Assembly (NCBI GenBank): GCA_045561295.1
Contig: JBJKYD010000009.1
Span: 164,115 to 228,114 of the forward strand
Length of the DNA: 64,000 bases
Direction: 5' to 3'
DNA from: Gammaproteobacteria bacterium
Lineage (GTDB): Bacteria; Pseudomonadota; Gammaproteobacteria; GCA-002705445; GCA-002716945
Of this stretch, positions 51,257-64,000 are shown piece after piece. Each line of letters starts with the position of its first letter. The stretch's first letter is position 1. The translations under genes were made by a program, and so were the position numbers. The notes under the pieces were generated by a model. It saw nothing but the letters and a program-made list of their open reading frames with translations, was not told the DNA's origin and did no database searches.

Positions 51257-52634
51257 GAACCTTAAGTGCAGATAATATTTTTTTTGCTTCTTTTCTAACA
51301 TTAGCTGGCGATGATGCTCCTATTGCTTTCTTTGTATGTATAGACTTTTCAACATCAATTGAGGTATATACATCTTTATTAATTTTATTAGAAAATTTTT
51401 TAAAGACATCCAATGAAATTTCATTAAGGCTTATTTTTTTTGATTCAGCATATTTAACTATTTTTCCAACTATTTCATGAGAGGTCCTAAATGGAACACC
51501 TTTCATTGACAAGTAGTCAGCTAAATCAGTAGCATTTGAATAATCTTGTTTGGAAAAAATCAAAGCCCTTTCCTTGTTAACTTTTAAAGTTAATATCAGT
51601 CTTGGCATTAAAGCTAAGCATGAAACCACACTCCCAATAGCTTCTAATATGATGCTTTTATCTTCTTGAAGATCTCTATTGTACGTTAATGGCAACCCTT
51701 TTAATAAAACAAATAGCGATGTTAATGACCCTATTACTGCACCTGATTTTCCTCTTACTAATTCAGGCACATCAGGATTTTTTTTCTGAGGCATAATTGA
51801 TGATCCAGTACAAAATGCTTCATCTATATCTACAAGCTTGATATGACTGTTCATCCAGAAAACTAGTTCCTCTGATATCCTTGAAAGATGCATCATCGTC
51901 ATCGAACATGTATATGCAAAATCACAAACGAAATCTCTATCGCTTACTGCATCCATAGAATTAGATGACACAGTTTTAAATCCAAGTTTTTTTGCAACAG
52001 ACTTGCGATTAATTTTATATGGTGTCCCAGACAGAGCAGCGCTTCCTAAAGGGAGCACATTTAGTCTGTCTTTAGTTTGAGCCATTCTCTGTTCATCTCT
52101 TGCTAGCATTTCATGCCAAGCAAGCAGATGATGTCCGAATGTGACTGGCTGAGCTAGTTGTAAATGTGTGTAACCTGGAAAAATTACGCTGGAATTATCG
52201 TGTGCAGATAAGGCAAGTGCATATCTAATGTCTCTTAACTTTTCCAGAATTAAGTCTGAACAGTCTCTCAAGTACAACCTAAAGTCTGTGGCAACTAAAT
52301 CATTCCTAGATCTTCCCATATGAATTTTTTTACCAAGTTCTCCAATCTCTTTAGTAAGAGCTTGTTCTATGTTCATGTGTACATCTTCAAATTTGATTGA
52401 CAGCCTCAGCTTGCCAGCATCATATTTCTTTTGAACTGCATTTAAACCTTTAATCAACGTATTTGATTCCTTCTTTGAAATAATTTTACACTCTGACAGC
52501 ATCTCCGCATGCGCAATACACACCCTGATGTCTGAATCAAAAAGAAGATGGTCAAAGCTAATGCTCTCAGAGAACTCGAGCACTTCTTCGTCTAATCCTT
52601 TTTTAAATCTTCCTGACCAAGTGGAGTTTTTCAT
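51243..52634 (-). CDS. argH: argininosuccinate lyase
   Basis: WSGRF, HMGRSRND, PGYTHLQ, GSSIMPQKKNPD motifs. Confidence 0.97.
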   Translation of the reverse strand: MKNSTWSGRFKKGLDEEVLEFSESISFDHLLFDSDIRVCIAHAEMLSECKIISKKESNTLIKGLNAVQKKYDAGKLRLSIKFEDVHMNIEQALTKEIGELGKKIHMGRSRNDLVATDFRLYLRDCSDLILEKLRDIRYALALSAHDNSSVIFPGYTHLQLAQPVTFGHHLLAWHEMLARDEQRMAQTKDRLNVLPLGSAALSGTPYKINRKSVAKKLGFKTVSSNSMDAVSDRDFVCDFAYTCSMTMMHLSRISEELVFWMNSHIKLVDIDEAFCTGSSIMPQKKNPDVPELVRGKSGAVIGSLTSLFVLLKGLPLTYNRDLQEDKSIILEAIGSVVSCLALMPRLILTLKVNKERALIFSKQDYSNATDLADYLSMKGVPFRTSHEIVGKIVKYAESKKISLNEISLDVFKKFSNKINKDVYTSIDVEKSIHTKKAIGASSPANVRKEAKKILSALKVHGYK

Positions 52635-52706
52635 AATAAATCTCTTGAGGTTTTAATATATGTCTTAATGCCAGTATACTATAACTGAAATTTTGGTAAT
52701 GCAATA

Positions 52707-53618
52707 ATGAGTAATAATATAAAACTTGCTACACGTAAAAGCCCTCTTGCGTTAGCTCAAGCTAATATGGTCAAAAGCTTTCTAATAGATAACAGTGTTT
52801 TTGATAAAGTTGACCTAATATCTATGAGTACATCAGGGGATACAGTGGATAATAAAAGCTTCAAAAAAGAAGGCGGCAAAGGGCTTTTTTTAAAAGAACT
52901 TGAAAACGCACTCCTAGAGGGAGAGGCTGATATAGCCGTTCATTCTATGAAAGATGTTCCTGCAAAGCTTGATGAGAGATTTAATATCAGCAGCATTATG
53001 GAAAGAGAGGATCCAAGAGATGTGTTTATCTCAGGTAAACACAAAACTTTGTCTGATATTAAAACTGGTATTATTGGTTCTTCCAGTCCGAGAAGGCAGG
53101 CAATAATAAAACATATGAATTCAAATATTAAATCAAAAGAAATAAGAGGTAATATTCAAACAAGGCTTGAAAAACTAAAAAAAGAACAGTTGGACGGAAT
53201 AATTTTAGCTAAATCTGGACTTATAAGAATGGGGCTAGATCACGTCGTTACAGAAAGTCTTAATGTAAATGATTTTGTACCTTCGCCGGGACAGGGAATT
53301 TTATGTATAGAGTGTTTGTCTAAAAATGATTTTGTTATCAAGAGAATTAAAAAAGTGGTGCATTTAGATACCGAAATATGCAGCGCTGCTGAGAGGATAT
53401 TCGCTAGAAACATGGACGGTGATTGCCTATCGCCAATAGGGGCATATGCTGTGATAGAAAAAAATTTACTAACAATAACAGGTTATGTTGCATCCATTGA
53501 TGGAACAAAGTTTATTAAAAATAAAGTATCCGGGGAAAAAGATGCTTATGAAGAACTTGCTGAGGACCTATCAAATGTTTTTATAAAGATGGGCTCTAAG
53601 AGGATGCTTAAATGTTAG
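52707..53618 (+). CDS. hemC: hydroxymethylbilane synthase
   Basis: ATRKSPLALAQ, GKGLFLKELE, HSMKD, RGNIQTR motifs. Confidence 0.96.
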   Translation: MSNNIKLATRKSPLALAQANMVKSFLIDNSVFDKVDLISMSTSGDTVDNKSFKKEGGKGLFLKELENALLEGEADIAVHSMKDVPAKLDERFNISSIMEREDPRDVFISGKHKTLSDIKTGIIGSSSPRRQAIIKHMNSNIKSKEIRGNIQTRLEKLKKEQLDGIILAKSGLIRMGLDHVVTESLNVNDFVPSPGQGILCIECLSKNDFVIKRIKKVVHLDTEICSAAERIFARNMDGDCLSPIGAYAVIEKNLLTITGYVASIDGTKFIKNKVSGEKDAYEELAEDLSNVFIKMGSKRMLKC

Positions 53619-54316
53619 ATGTGATCCTGGTCTCAAACTTTTCAATGAAAGATGAACTTGAAGAGATATTAGAACAAAGTGGGCATGCATTCCATGACAT
53701 GTTAATACAAGATATTCAACATATTGAGAGATACCCTGTAGATGATGAATATAAAACCATTATTATTCAGAGTGCTAATGCTATAAAAAAAATAGACTCA
53801 AGTAACAACCATATTTATAGTACTGAACGAATTTATGGAATAGGCCCTAACTGCAAAGCATGGGTTGAGAAAAAATTTGGAATAAACTGTTTAATACCTG
53901 AAAGCGAATATTCGAGCTTAGGACTTATAAAAAAAATTGATGATGATAATTATGATATTGGAAGAACTCTCCTTCTTAAAGGAATAGGTGGAAAGAAAAC
54001 AATTGAGGAATATCTTATTAATAAAGAAATCGATTATAAAAAATGTGATGTATATGAGCGTATACTTAATAAAGATAATTTAGCTAAAGTAAGTCAGATG
54101 GTTAATCAAAGTTGTGTCATTATTGGATTTAGCAAAAGTAGTGTAGAGCCACTTATAAGAAACCCCAATGTTAACTTAGAGAAAGTACACTTTTTTTTAT
54201 TAGATAAGTCTGATGAAAAGATTATTATTGATGAAGATGTCGCATCTACTACAAAAATCGAAGATATATATGATATAGAAACTTTAGCTTTAAAAATAAA
54301 CCAAATTAATGAATAA
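53612..54316 (+). CDS. hemD: uroporphyrinogen-III synthase (divergent)
   Basis: SANA, IGP, SSLGL, VYER motifs; follows hemC. Confidence 0.75.
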   Translation: MLDVILVSNFSMKDELEEILEQSGHAFHDMLIQDIQHIERYPVDDEYKTIIIQSANAIKKIDSSNNHIYSTERIYGIGPNCKAWVEKKFGINCLIPESEYSSLGLIKKIDDDNYDIGRTLLLKGIGGKKTIEEYLINKEIDYKKCDVYERILNKDNLAKVSQMVNQSCVIIGFSKSSVEPLIRNPNVNLEKVHFFLLDKSDEKIIIDEDVASTTKIEDIYDIETLALKINQINE

Positions 54317-55148
54317 AATTTATCTTATAGGCAACGGATATGTTTGTGATTTTATCACAGACAAGTATAGTTATGATTATGAGTTTATTGGAGTCTGCAG
54401 ATCCAAAAAAAACAACTGCAAACATAACTATTCCATAGATATCTCTATATGCACGGATGAACTAGATATAGTATTTCGTGATAAAGGTGATGTCGTTTAC
54501 TTAGCTGCGCCACAAGCAAGTGGTGTTGAAGACCATACACTTGAAAATTTCCTCTCTTGTGTAGATAAAAATAAAATAAAAAAACTTATATATATAAGTA
54601 CTAGCGGGGTATACGGCGACAAGAAAGATCAGTTAGTAAATGAAAAATCAAAGTTAGACCCTATAACCGACAGAGCCAAAAGAAGAGTTCATGCAGAGGA
54701 TCAAATTATTAACAGCAAAATTGATTATACAATTCTCAGAGTTCCAGGGATATATGGACAGGGTAGGTTGCCTATGAAAAGAGTAGATAGTAATTTACCA
54801 TTGATCAGACAAGATATCTGTAAACATACAAATTTAATAAATGCTAAAGATTTAGCAAAAATAATAATCCAATGTTTATCACATAAAGAAACAACAAATA
54901 TGGTCATGAACGTAAGTGACGGCACTCCAATTAAAACTACTGACTACTACCTTCATATCTATGATGCGCTGAAACTCCACTACCCAAAATTTATAGATTA
55001 TGAAGAAGCTAATGAGTTATATGATGATAAACGCAAGAGTTTTATAAATGAGTCAAGAATATTAGATGTTTCATTAATGAACAGAATCTTTCCAGATATC
55101 ATAGAGTTTAAAGATGTCAGAAAGGGGATTAAAGATAGTCTAAATTAA
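54309..55148 (+). CDS. NAD-dependent epimerase/dehydratase family protein
   Basis: IGNGYV, YISTSGVYGD, LRVPGIYG motifs. Confidence 0.85.
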   Translation: MNKIYLIGNGYVCDFITDKYSYDYEFIGVCRSKKNNCKHNYSIDISICTDELDIVFRDKGDVVYLAAPQASGVEDHTLENFLSCVDKNKIKKLIYISTSGVYGDKKDQLVNEKSKLDPITDRAKRRVHAEDQIINSKIDYTILRVPGIYGQGRLPMKRVDSNLPLIRQDICKHTNLINAKDLAKIIIQCLSHKETTNMVMNVSDGTPIKTTDYYLHIYDALKLHYPKFIDYEEANELYDDKRKSFINESRILDVSLMNRIFPDIIEFKDVRKGIKDSLN

Positions 55149-55151
55149 AAA

Positions 55152-55784
55152 TTACTTCTTCTTTTGCTTTAACCAAGATAGAAGAGGCTTCCATTCTTCT
55201 CTGTCTTGGGCAGTCATTGATTCGCCCATTTCGAATATGCCAATGCCTTTTCTAGCTGAATTAATATAATTTGTATTATCTCTAAAAGCTGTGACATATC
55301 TGATGCCTTTTTCCTTTACAAGGTAATCATCTAATTCCTCAAATATGTTTGTGTTAGCTCTGCATCTATTTGCGACCAAGCATATATCTGTTCTGTTCCT
55401 AACTACACTGCCAAGGTTTCTAACGGACTTAAGAAAATCTTTGGCTGCTGCCATGTCTATAGGTGACGGAAGAACCGGTATTATAATCTTTCTAGCTTTT
55501 TTAATATAAGTCTCCAGCCTTGGGCCATATACAGCTGCTGGGACATCAAAAATTGTAACGTCATTAAGCTTTCTTGATACTTTTTGTGGAGGTAGTGATG
55601 ATACTCCTTTAATTTTAGGTTTAGTTATTGGCCTTAAAGACAGCCAGTTCAAAGAAGAATTTTGCGGATCTAAATCAACTAATGTTACATTGAAGTCCGC
55701 ATTAACATAATAAGCTGCTAGATTAGTGGATATTGTTGTTTTACCGGAACCGCCTTTGGCGTTAATAACCATTATACTAGTCAT
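55152..55784 (-). CDS. short ParA-family ATPase
   Basis: NAKGGSGKTT deviant Walker A, DLDPQ, DVP, PVLPSPID motifs. Confidence 0.88.
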   Translation of the reverse strand: MTSIMVINAKGGSGKTTISTNLAAYYVNADFNVTLVDLDPQNSSLNWLSLRPITKPKIKGVSSLPPQKVSRKLNDVTIFDVPAAVYGPRLETYIKKARKIIIPVLPSPIDMAAAKDFLKSVRNLGSVVRNRTDICLVANRCRANTNIFEELDDYLVKEKGIRYVTAFRDNTNYINSARKGIGIFEMGESMTAQDREEWKPLLSWLKQKKK

Positions 55785-55837
55785 ATACTTCTCTTAACAT
55801 AAATATATCAGACTATGCTATTTAGTCTAGAAATCTT

Positions 55838-56607
55838 TTAAATCTCAATCATTACAGGCGCATGATCAGAGGTTTTAGGTTGCTCTGGACACCAAGATTT
55901 ATGCCTAGTGTCTTTATGGACCTCATATCTCTTAAGTGACTTATGAGTTTCATGACTTGCCAGCAATAAATCTATTCTATAACCAATATCTCTATGAAAT
56001 GCTCCGCCTCGATAATCCCACCACGTAAATGGAGATTCTCCATCAATATGTTTGTAGCAATCAATCAATCCTAGATTAAATAAAGATTGTAGGGCATTTC
56101 TCTCTTTGTCTGAACAAAGAATATCTTCAGGTGAAAAGTCTGAAGCGTCACTCTCGTTTGGAACAATATTAAAATCACCAACAACAACAAGCTTAGGATA
56201 TACTTTAAGTTGGTCGCTAATATACTGTTTAGCTTTTAGAAGCCATTTAAGTTTATGCTGATACTTGTCTGAATTTATTGCTTGACCATTGACGACATAA
56301 AAATTAATAACTCTAACACCATTATAAGTCCCAGCAATGGATCTTTTTTCATCAGTAGAAATATTAACAGGATTAACAGCAACCCCCTCTCCCTGTACTT
56401 TAGAGATAATTGACACACCGTTATAGGTTTTTTGACAGGCCTGCTCTGTAAAAAATCCTGCTTCTTTTAAAGCGTCAAATGGGTATTTGTCAGACAAACA
56501 TTTAAGTTCCTGAAGGCACAAAACATCTGGCTGATAGTCATCCAAATATTTAAGGATGTTAGGTAAACGAACATTTATAGAATTAACATTCCAAGTAACA
56601 ACTTTCA

Positions 56608-56608
<1 letters not shown>
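55838..56608 (-). CDS. xthA: exodeoxyribonuclease III (second paralogue)
   Basis: TWNVNS, LQELK, YNGV, GDFNI, WWDYR, RID, SDHAP motifs. Confidence 0.9.
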
Positions 56609-60099
<3,491 letters not shown>

Positions 60100-60101
60100 T
60101 A

Positions 60102-61209
60102 TTAAACGCGCATTGGCATAATGACAAAAACTGATGTTGGCTCAGATTCACCCAACAAAACGCAACCTGAGTTCTGGTCATTAATGCATATGTGAATGCT
60201 GTCACTAGTTAATGTATCTATTACATCTTGAATGTAAGATATATTAAAACCTATTGATAATTCTTCTCCATCATAGCTAGCATCAATCTGGTCTTCTCCT
60301 ACCTCGCTTTCTGTATTGCTTGATATTAAATGCAGAGACCCTTTAGAAGGTGTGAGCTTGACTCCTTTATATTGCTGGTTAACAACTTTAGATATTATAT
60401 TTAATGAATTTTTTAGAATAGATCTTTCGATGATCAGAGTAGACTTAGTAGATTCAGGTATTACTTTATTAAAGTTTGGATAGTTGCCTTCTATCAGTTT
60501 GGATATCAATATATAGTCATCGATAATTAGTGTAATAGAGTTATTACTAATGTAAAGTTCTGTTATTATCTCTTTATTGTCGTTATTTGCTGCTAATATA
60601 CGGTTAATTTCTAATACACATTTACGTGGAATGATAATAGATACATCAGTAGTGATGTTGGTAGATGATGTATATTTGGCAAGTCTGTGACCGTCTGTAC
60701 AAACCGATATTAGTTTTTCTCCATCATTGCAAATGTGCAACCCGTTGAGGAAATGCCTAGCGTCCTGATAAGCCATTGCAAATGATGTTTTATTAATTAT
60801 ATTTGAAAGCTCATCGTTGCTTATACTGATCGCGCTACCATCCTTACTACTCTCCATCTTTGGGTAATCTGCTGATGGAATTATTTGTAGAGATACTTTG
60901 CTTTTTCCAGCTGTAAGGTCAGCTTTTTTTTCAGAAACCGAAAGTTTAATTTCATCGTGAGCTGATAGAGCATTGCATATTTCCAACATTTTCTTTGCTG
61001 GGATCGTAAAACTCCCTTCCTGGTCTGATGAACACGTTACTGATGTCGAAACCTCTATTTCAAGATCGGATGCTGTAAAGACTGCGTTGTTAACAGTAAC
61101 ATCAACTTTCATATTACCAAGTATCGCTAATGTTTGTTTTGCTTCTGCAGTTGGCGCTATATTTTTTAATTTTGTTAATTAATTCTTTAGTATTAAATAT
61201 AATATCCAT
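60102..61209 (-). CDS. dnaN: DNA polymerase III beta clamp (apparent +1 indel near 61165-61173)
   Basis: SDLEI, TDGHRL, GNYP, IMPMRV; true N-terminus MDIIFNTKEL... starts at 61209 in the shifted frame. Confidence 0.94.
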
Positions 61210-61360
61210 ATATATATTATATGTTATTTTTATGATTTCTTTTTCATTATTTTCAGCTCGCTGTATGTGTATTCAGCTGTTTACATGATGTGTATTTAAC
61301 TTTACTGTCGGCTGTATATGTTGTGGAAAAACTTAACACAGAAATGTTATCAACAGGTTT
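61210..61360. other. probable chromosomal replication origin (oriC)
   Basis: dnaA-dnaN intergenic region; DnaA-box-like TGTGGAAAA (61322-30), TTATCAACA (61347-55), TGTGTATTC (61266-74), TGTGTATTT (61289-97); AT-rich tract 61210-61253. Confidence 0.65.
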
Positions 61361-62661
61361 TTACCCGTTGTTAAGTGTATGTATTATGTTGTTTATGTCC
61401 TGAGCAAGTTGCGCGTCATCCTTTTTCATTTTCTGTATTTTCTTGTTTGCATGAAGTACAGTTGTGTGATCTCTACCGCCAAACCCATCACCTATCGTAG
61501 GCAGACTGTTGTTAGTCAGTTCCTTACAAAGTGCCATTGCTACATGTCTCGGTAGCGTATTCTTCTTATCTCTTTTTGAAGACAACATATCACTTACTCT
61601 TGTCTTATAATATGTGGCTGTTGTTTTCTGTATTTGTTCTATAGTAATCATCCGTTGATTTAATGAAAGTAAATCTGCTAGTGTTTCTTTGGTGAATTCT
61701 AGCGAAATTGTGCATTTTTTAAATCTCGATGTAGCTATAACCCTTCTAAGATTTCCTTCTAACTCTCTAACGTTTGAATTTATGTTCTTTGCTATAAAAA
61801 AAGCAACATCTGTTGTAATTGGCATATCTAACATTTCTGCTTTTGTTTGCAATATTGCTACTCTTGTTTCTAGATCTGGTGGATCTATCGATACATTCAT
61901 GCCCCAAACTAATCTAGATTTTATCCTGTCTTCTAGCCCATTGACTTCTTTTGGATATTTATCACACGTGAGTACAACCTGCTTTTTATTTTCAAATAAT
62001 GCATTGAACGTATGAAAAAACTCTTCTTGTGATCGCTCTTTGCCCGCAAAGAATTGCATATCATCTATTAATAGAACATCTAGGTTTCTGTAGAATTTTT
62101 TTGAACTCCTCCATTTGATTATTCCTAAGTGCTGTAACCATGTTCTGAACAAACTTTTCAGAATGCAAGTATACAACTTTCTTGTTCTGACTACTTAGTT
62201 GATTACCTATCGAATGAAGTAAGTGAGTCTTACCAAGGCCTACACCACCATAGATATATAGAGGGTTAAAGGCCCCGGGCTCATTTATAACAGACAGACA
62301 GGCCGCTTTAGCTAATTGGTTTGATTTACCCTCAACGAATGCATCGAATGTCATTTCTTTGTTTAAATTAGTTTTAAATCCTACTGGCAGCGCTTCTGAA
62401 ACCCTTTTGTGCTTGATAGTAGAGCCAATATTCAGAGTAACTAAAATATCGGCATTTATTTTTGTAAGCGTAGACAATATTACATTGAAGAAGTTTTTTT
62501 TCAACTTCCTCTTTAACAAATTTATTAGGAGCATATAGCTTTATCTCATTAGTACTGTGTTCAACCTTAAGCGGTTTAATCCAGACACGCATATCTTTCT
62601 CAGTCAAAGTGGACGTGAGCTCTTCTAAGCATTTCTGCCAAATGTTATTACTGTTAATCAT
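61361..62661 (-). CDS. dnaA: chromosomal replication initiator DnaA (apparent +1 indels at T8 62494-501 and T7 62096-102)
   Basis: Domain [37 protein letters not shown] and GGRDHTTV spread across three frames. Confidence 0.95.
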
Positions 62662-62705
62662 AGTTGGACGTTCAATATCACATGAAAAAAAACTAAATTA
62701 ATATA

Positions 62706-62734
62706 TTGACATAAAGATAATATGGAATCAGTAT
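62706..62734 (+). promoter_or_regulatory. putative rpmH promoter
   Basis: TTGACA-N17-CAGTAT upstream of rpmH. Confidence 0.45.
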
Positions 62735-62742
62735 ACACATCT

Positions 62743-62877
62743 ATGAAACGTACATTTCAACCAAGCAATATAAAGCGTAAAAGAACGCATGGTTTTAGAG
62801 CTAGAATGAAAACTGTTGCTGGTCGTGCCGTGTTAAGTTCAAGAAGAGCAAAAGGCAGAGCTGTTCTTTGCCCATAA
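62743..62877 (+). CDS. rpmH: 50S ribosomal protein L34
   Basis: Manual translation [44 protein letters not shown]. Confidence 0.97.
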   Translation: MKRTFQPSNIKRKRTHGFRARMKTVAGRAVLSSRRAKGRAVLCP

Positions 62878-62878
62878 T

Positions 62879-63214
62879 TTGTTTACCTCTAAAAAAGACC
62901 TAATTACTATCTCAAAGAACACCATATCTTTTTTCAATGATAGGCCGAGTATTTCTGGCAGGTACATAAGACTATATTATCATATGCACCCTGTCCAAAT
63001 GTTAGGCATCAGGATATCTAAAAAGGCAGTACCATTGGCTGTTTCTCGAAACTCTCTAAGAAGAAAGTTGAGAGAATCATTTCGAAAACATTCATTTATT
63101 AATAATTCATATGCGATTCTTTTAAGCATATCTAGTAAAATTCAAGCTGAAAAAAAAGATATTAATGATATTCTATTGCCTGAATGGAAATCTTTATTAG
63201 ACCAATTACGCTGA
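62879..63214 (+). CDS. rnpA: ribonuclease P protein component
   Basis: [19 protein letters not shown] motif; follows rpmH. Confidence 0.88.
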   Translation: MFTSKKDLITISKNTISFFNDRPSISGRYIRLYYHMHPVQMLGIRISKKAVPLAVSRNSLRRKLRESFRKHSFINNSYAILLSISSKIQAEKKDINDILLPEWKSLLDQLR

Positions 63215-63432
63215 TGTTTATAGGGGCAGTTAAGCTTTACCGAGCTACTATATCTCCTCTTATGCCCATGTCTTGCAGACACCTTCCGACATGCTCAGAA
63301 TATACTATAGAGGCTTTAAAAACATTTGGGCTTTTTAGGGGCTTTTATTTAAGTATTAAGAGAATCTTAAGATGTAGGCCCGGAGGGAGTCATGGATATG
63401 ACCCTCTGCCTAAAAAGGACTCATCTAAATGA
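63184..63432 (+). CDS. yidD: membrane protein insertion efficiency factor
   Basis: [24 protein letters not shown] motifs. Confidence 0.93.
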   Translation: MEIFIRPITLMFIGAVKLYRATISPLMPMSCRHLPTCSEYTIEALKTFGLFRGFYLSIKRILRCRPGGSHGYDPLPKKDSSK

Positions 63433-64000
63433 ACAGATTATTTTTATACAGCGGATTTTTATTTATATTGATACTAATATTTGATGCTTACGACAGAGAC
63501 TATAACCAACCACAAGTTTCATCTACTAATATTATCGAGAACAGTGCTACAAACGATTCTAAGCAACCACCACAAACTGATACCATCAAGCGAGATAGCT
63601 CTGATAAATCTACACCTATAACAAAAAATATAGATGTATTAGAAAGCAACAAGCTTATTATAGAATTTGATATAAACACTGGTGAATTATTATATTCTGA
63701 GCTCAAAGATTATTCTGTTGATCTTGGCTCCGACGAACAGATCATTATTTTAGATTATCCAAATAAAAAATATTCAGCAACTTCAAACGTCCAGCTTTTA
63801 GGTTTTAACTCATACCCCACTTACGATAAAAAAAGTACTTCCGGGAAAAACGCCGTTGTACTTGAATCTAATAATATCAGAGGGGTAACATTGATAAAAG
63901 AAATAACGCTATTGGATGATACACATCAAGTAACAGTAACTAATAGAATTAAAAACAACTCTTCTGAAAATATTGAAGTTAGAAACTATGAAACTATTTC
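63429..64000 (+). CDS. yidC: membrane protein insertase YidC (5' part)
   Basis: Open frame [18 protein letters not shown]... running to the window end; N-terminal TM; rpmH-rnpA-yidD-yidC synteny. Confidence 0.85.
   Translation, partial: MNRLFLYSGFLFILILIFDAYDRDYNQPQVSSTNIIENSATNDSKQPPQTDTIKRDSSDKSTPITKNIDVLESNKLIIEFDINTGELLYSELKDYSVDLGSDEQIIILDYPNKKYSATSNVQLLGFNSYPTYDKKSTSGKNAVVLESNNIRGVTLIKEITLLDDTHQVTVTNRIKNNSSENIEVRNYETI

Noticed and set aside
55810-55828. Short inverted repeat AGACTA-N7-TAGTCT upstream of the ParA gene
   Set aside because: Six-bp arms are expected by chance in AT-rich DNA, and there is no further support.

Overview
This window is core chromosome from an AT-rich, very compact bacterium; gene content and order suggest a streamlined, probably marine, gammaproteobacterium. 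It ends at the replication-origin cluster (gyrB-recF-dnaN-oriC-dnaA / rpmH-rnpA-yidD-yidC). Almost all of it is housekeeping: gap/tkt, rpoD, tRNA-Ile2, his-tat, trk, fmt/def/topA, hem, ubi, bio, coaBC-dut-algC-argB, pyrE/xth/ampG, ccmABC, recG, hslVU, xerC/dapF/lysA and argH. I see no mobile elements, CRISPR, prophage or defence islands. rpoD, gyrB, recF, dnaN and dnaA are broken by single-base, mostly homopolymer indels that are most likely sequencing errors. The best novelty candidate is a 75-bp intergenic unit at 6763-6847: a sigma70 promoter, a perfect 7-1-7 operator, a hairpin with an anti-Shine-Dalgarno ACCUCCU loop, and a terminator, which together look like a regulated small RNA. Other points of interest are an orphan Fae homologue heading a housekeeping operon, an inverted ccmC, two parS sites in recF, an orphan Rap1a-like secreted protein, and an independently expressed hypothetical gene.
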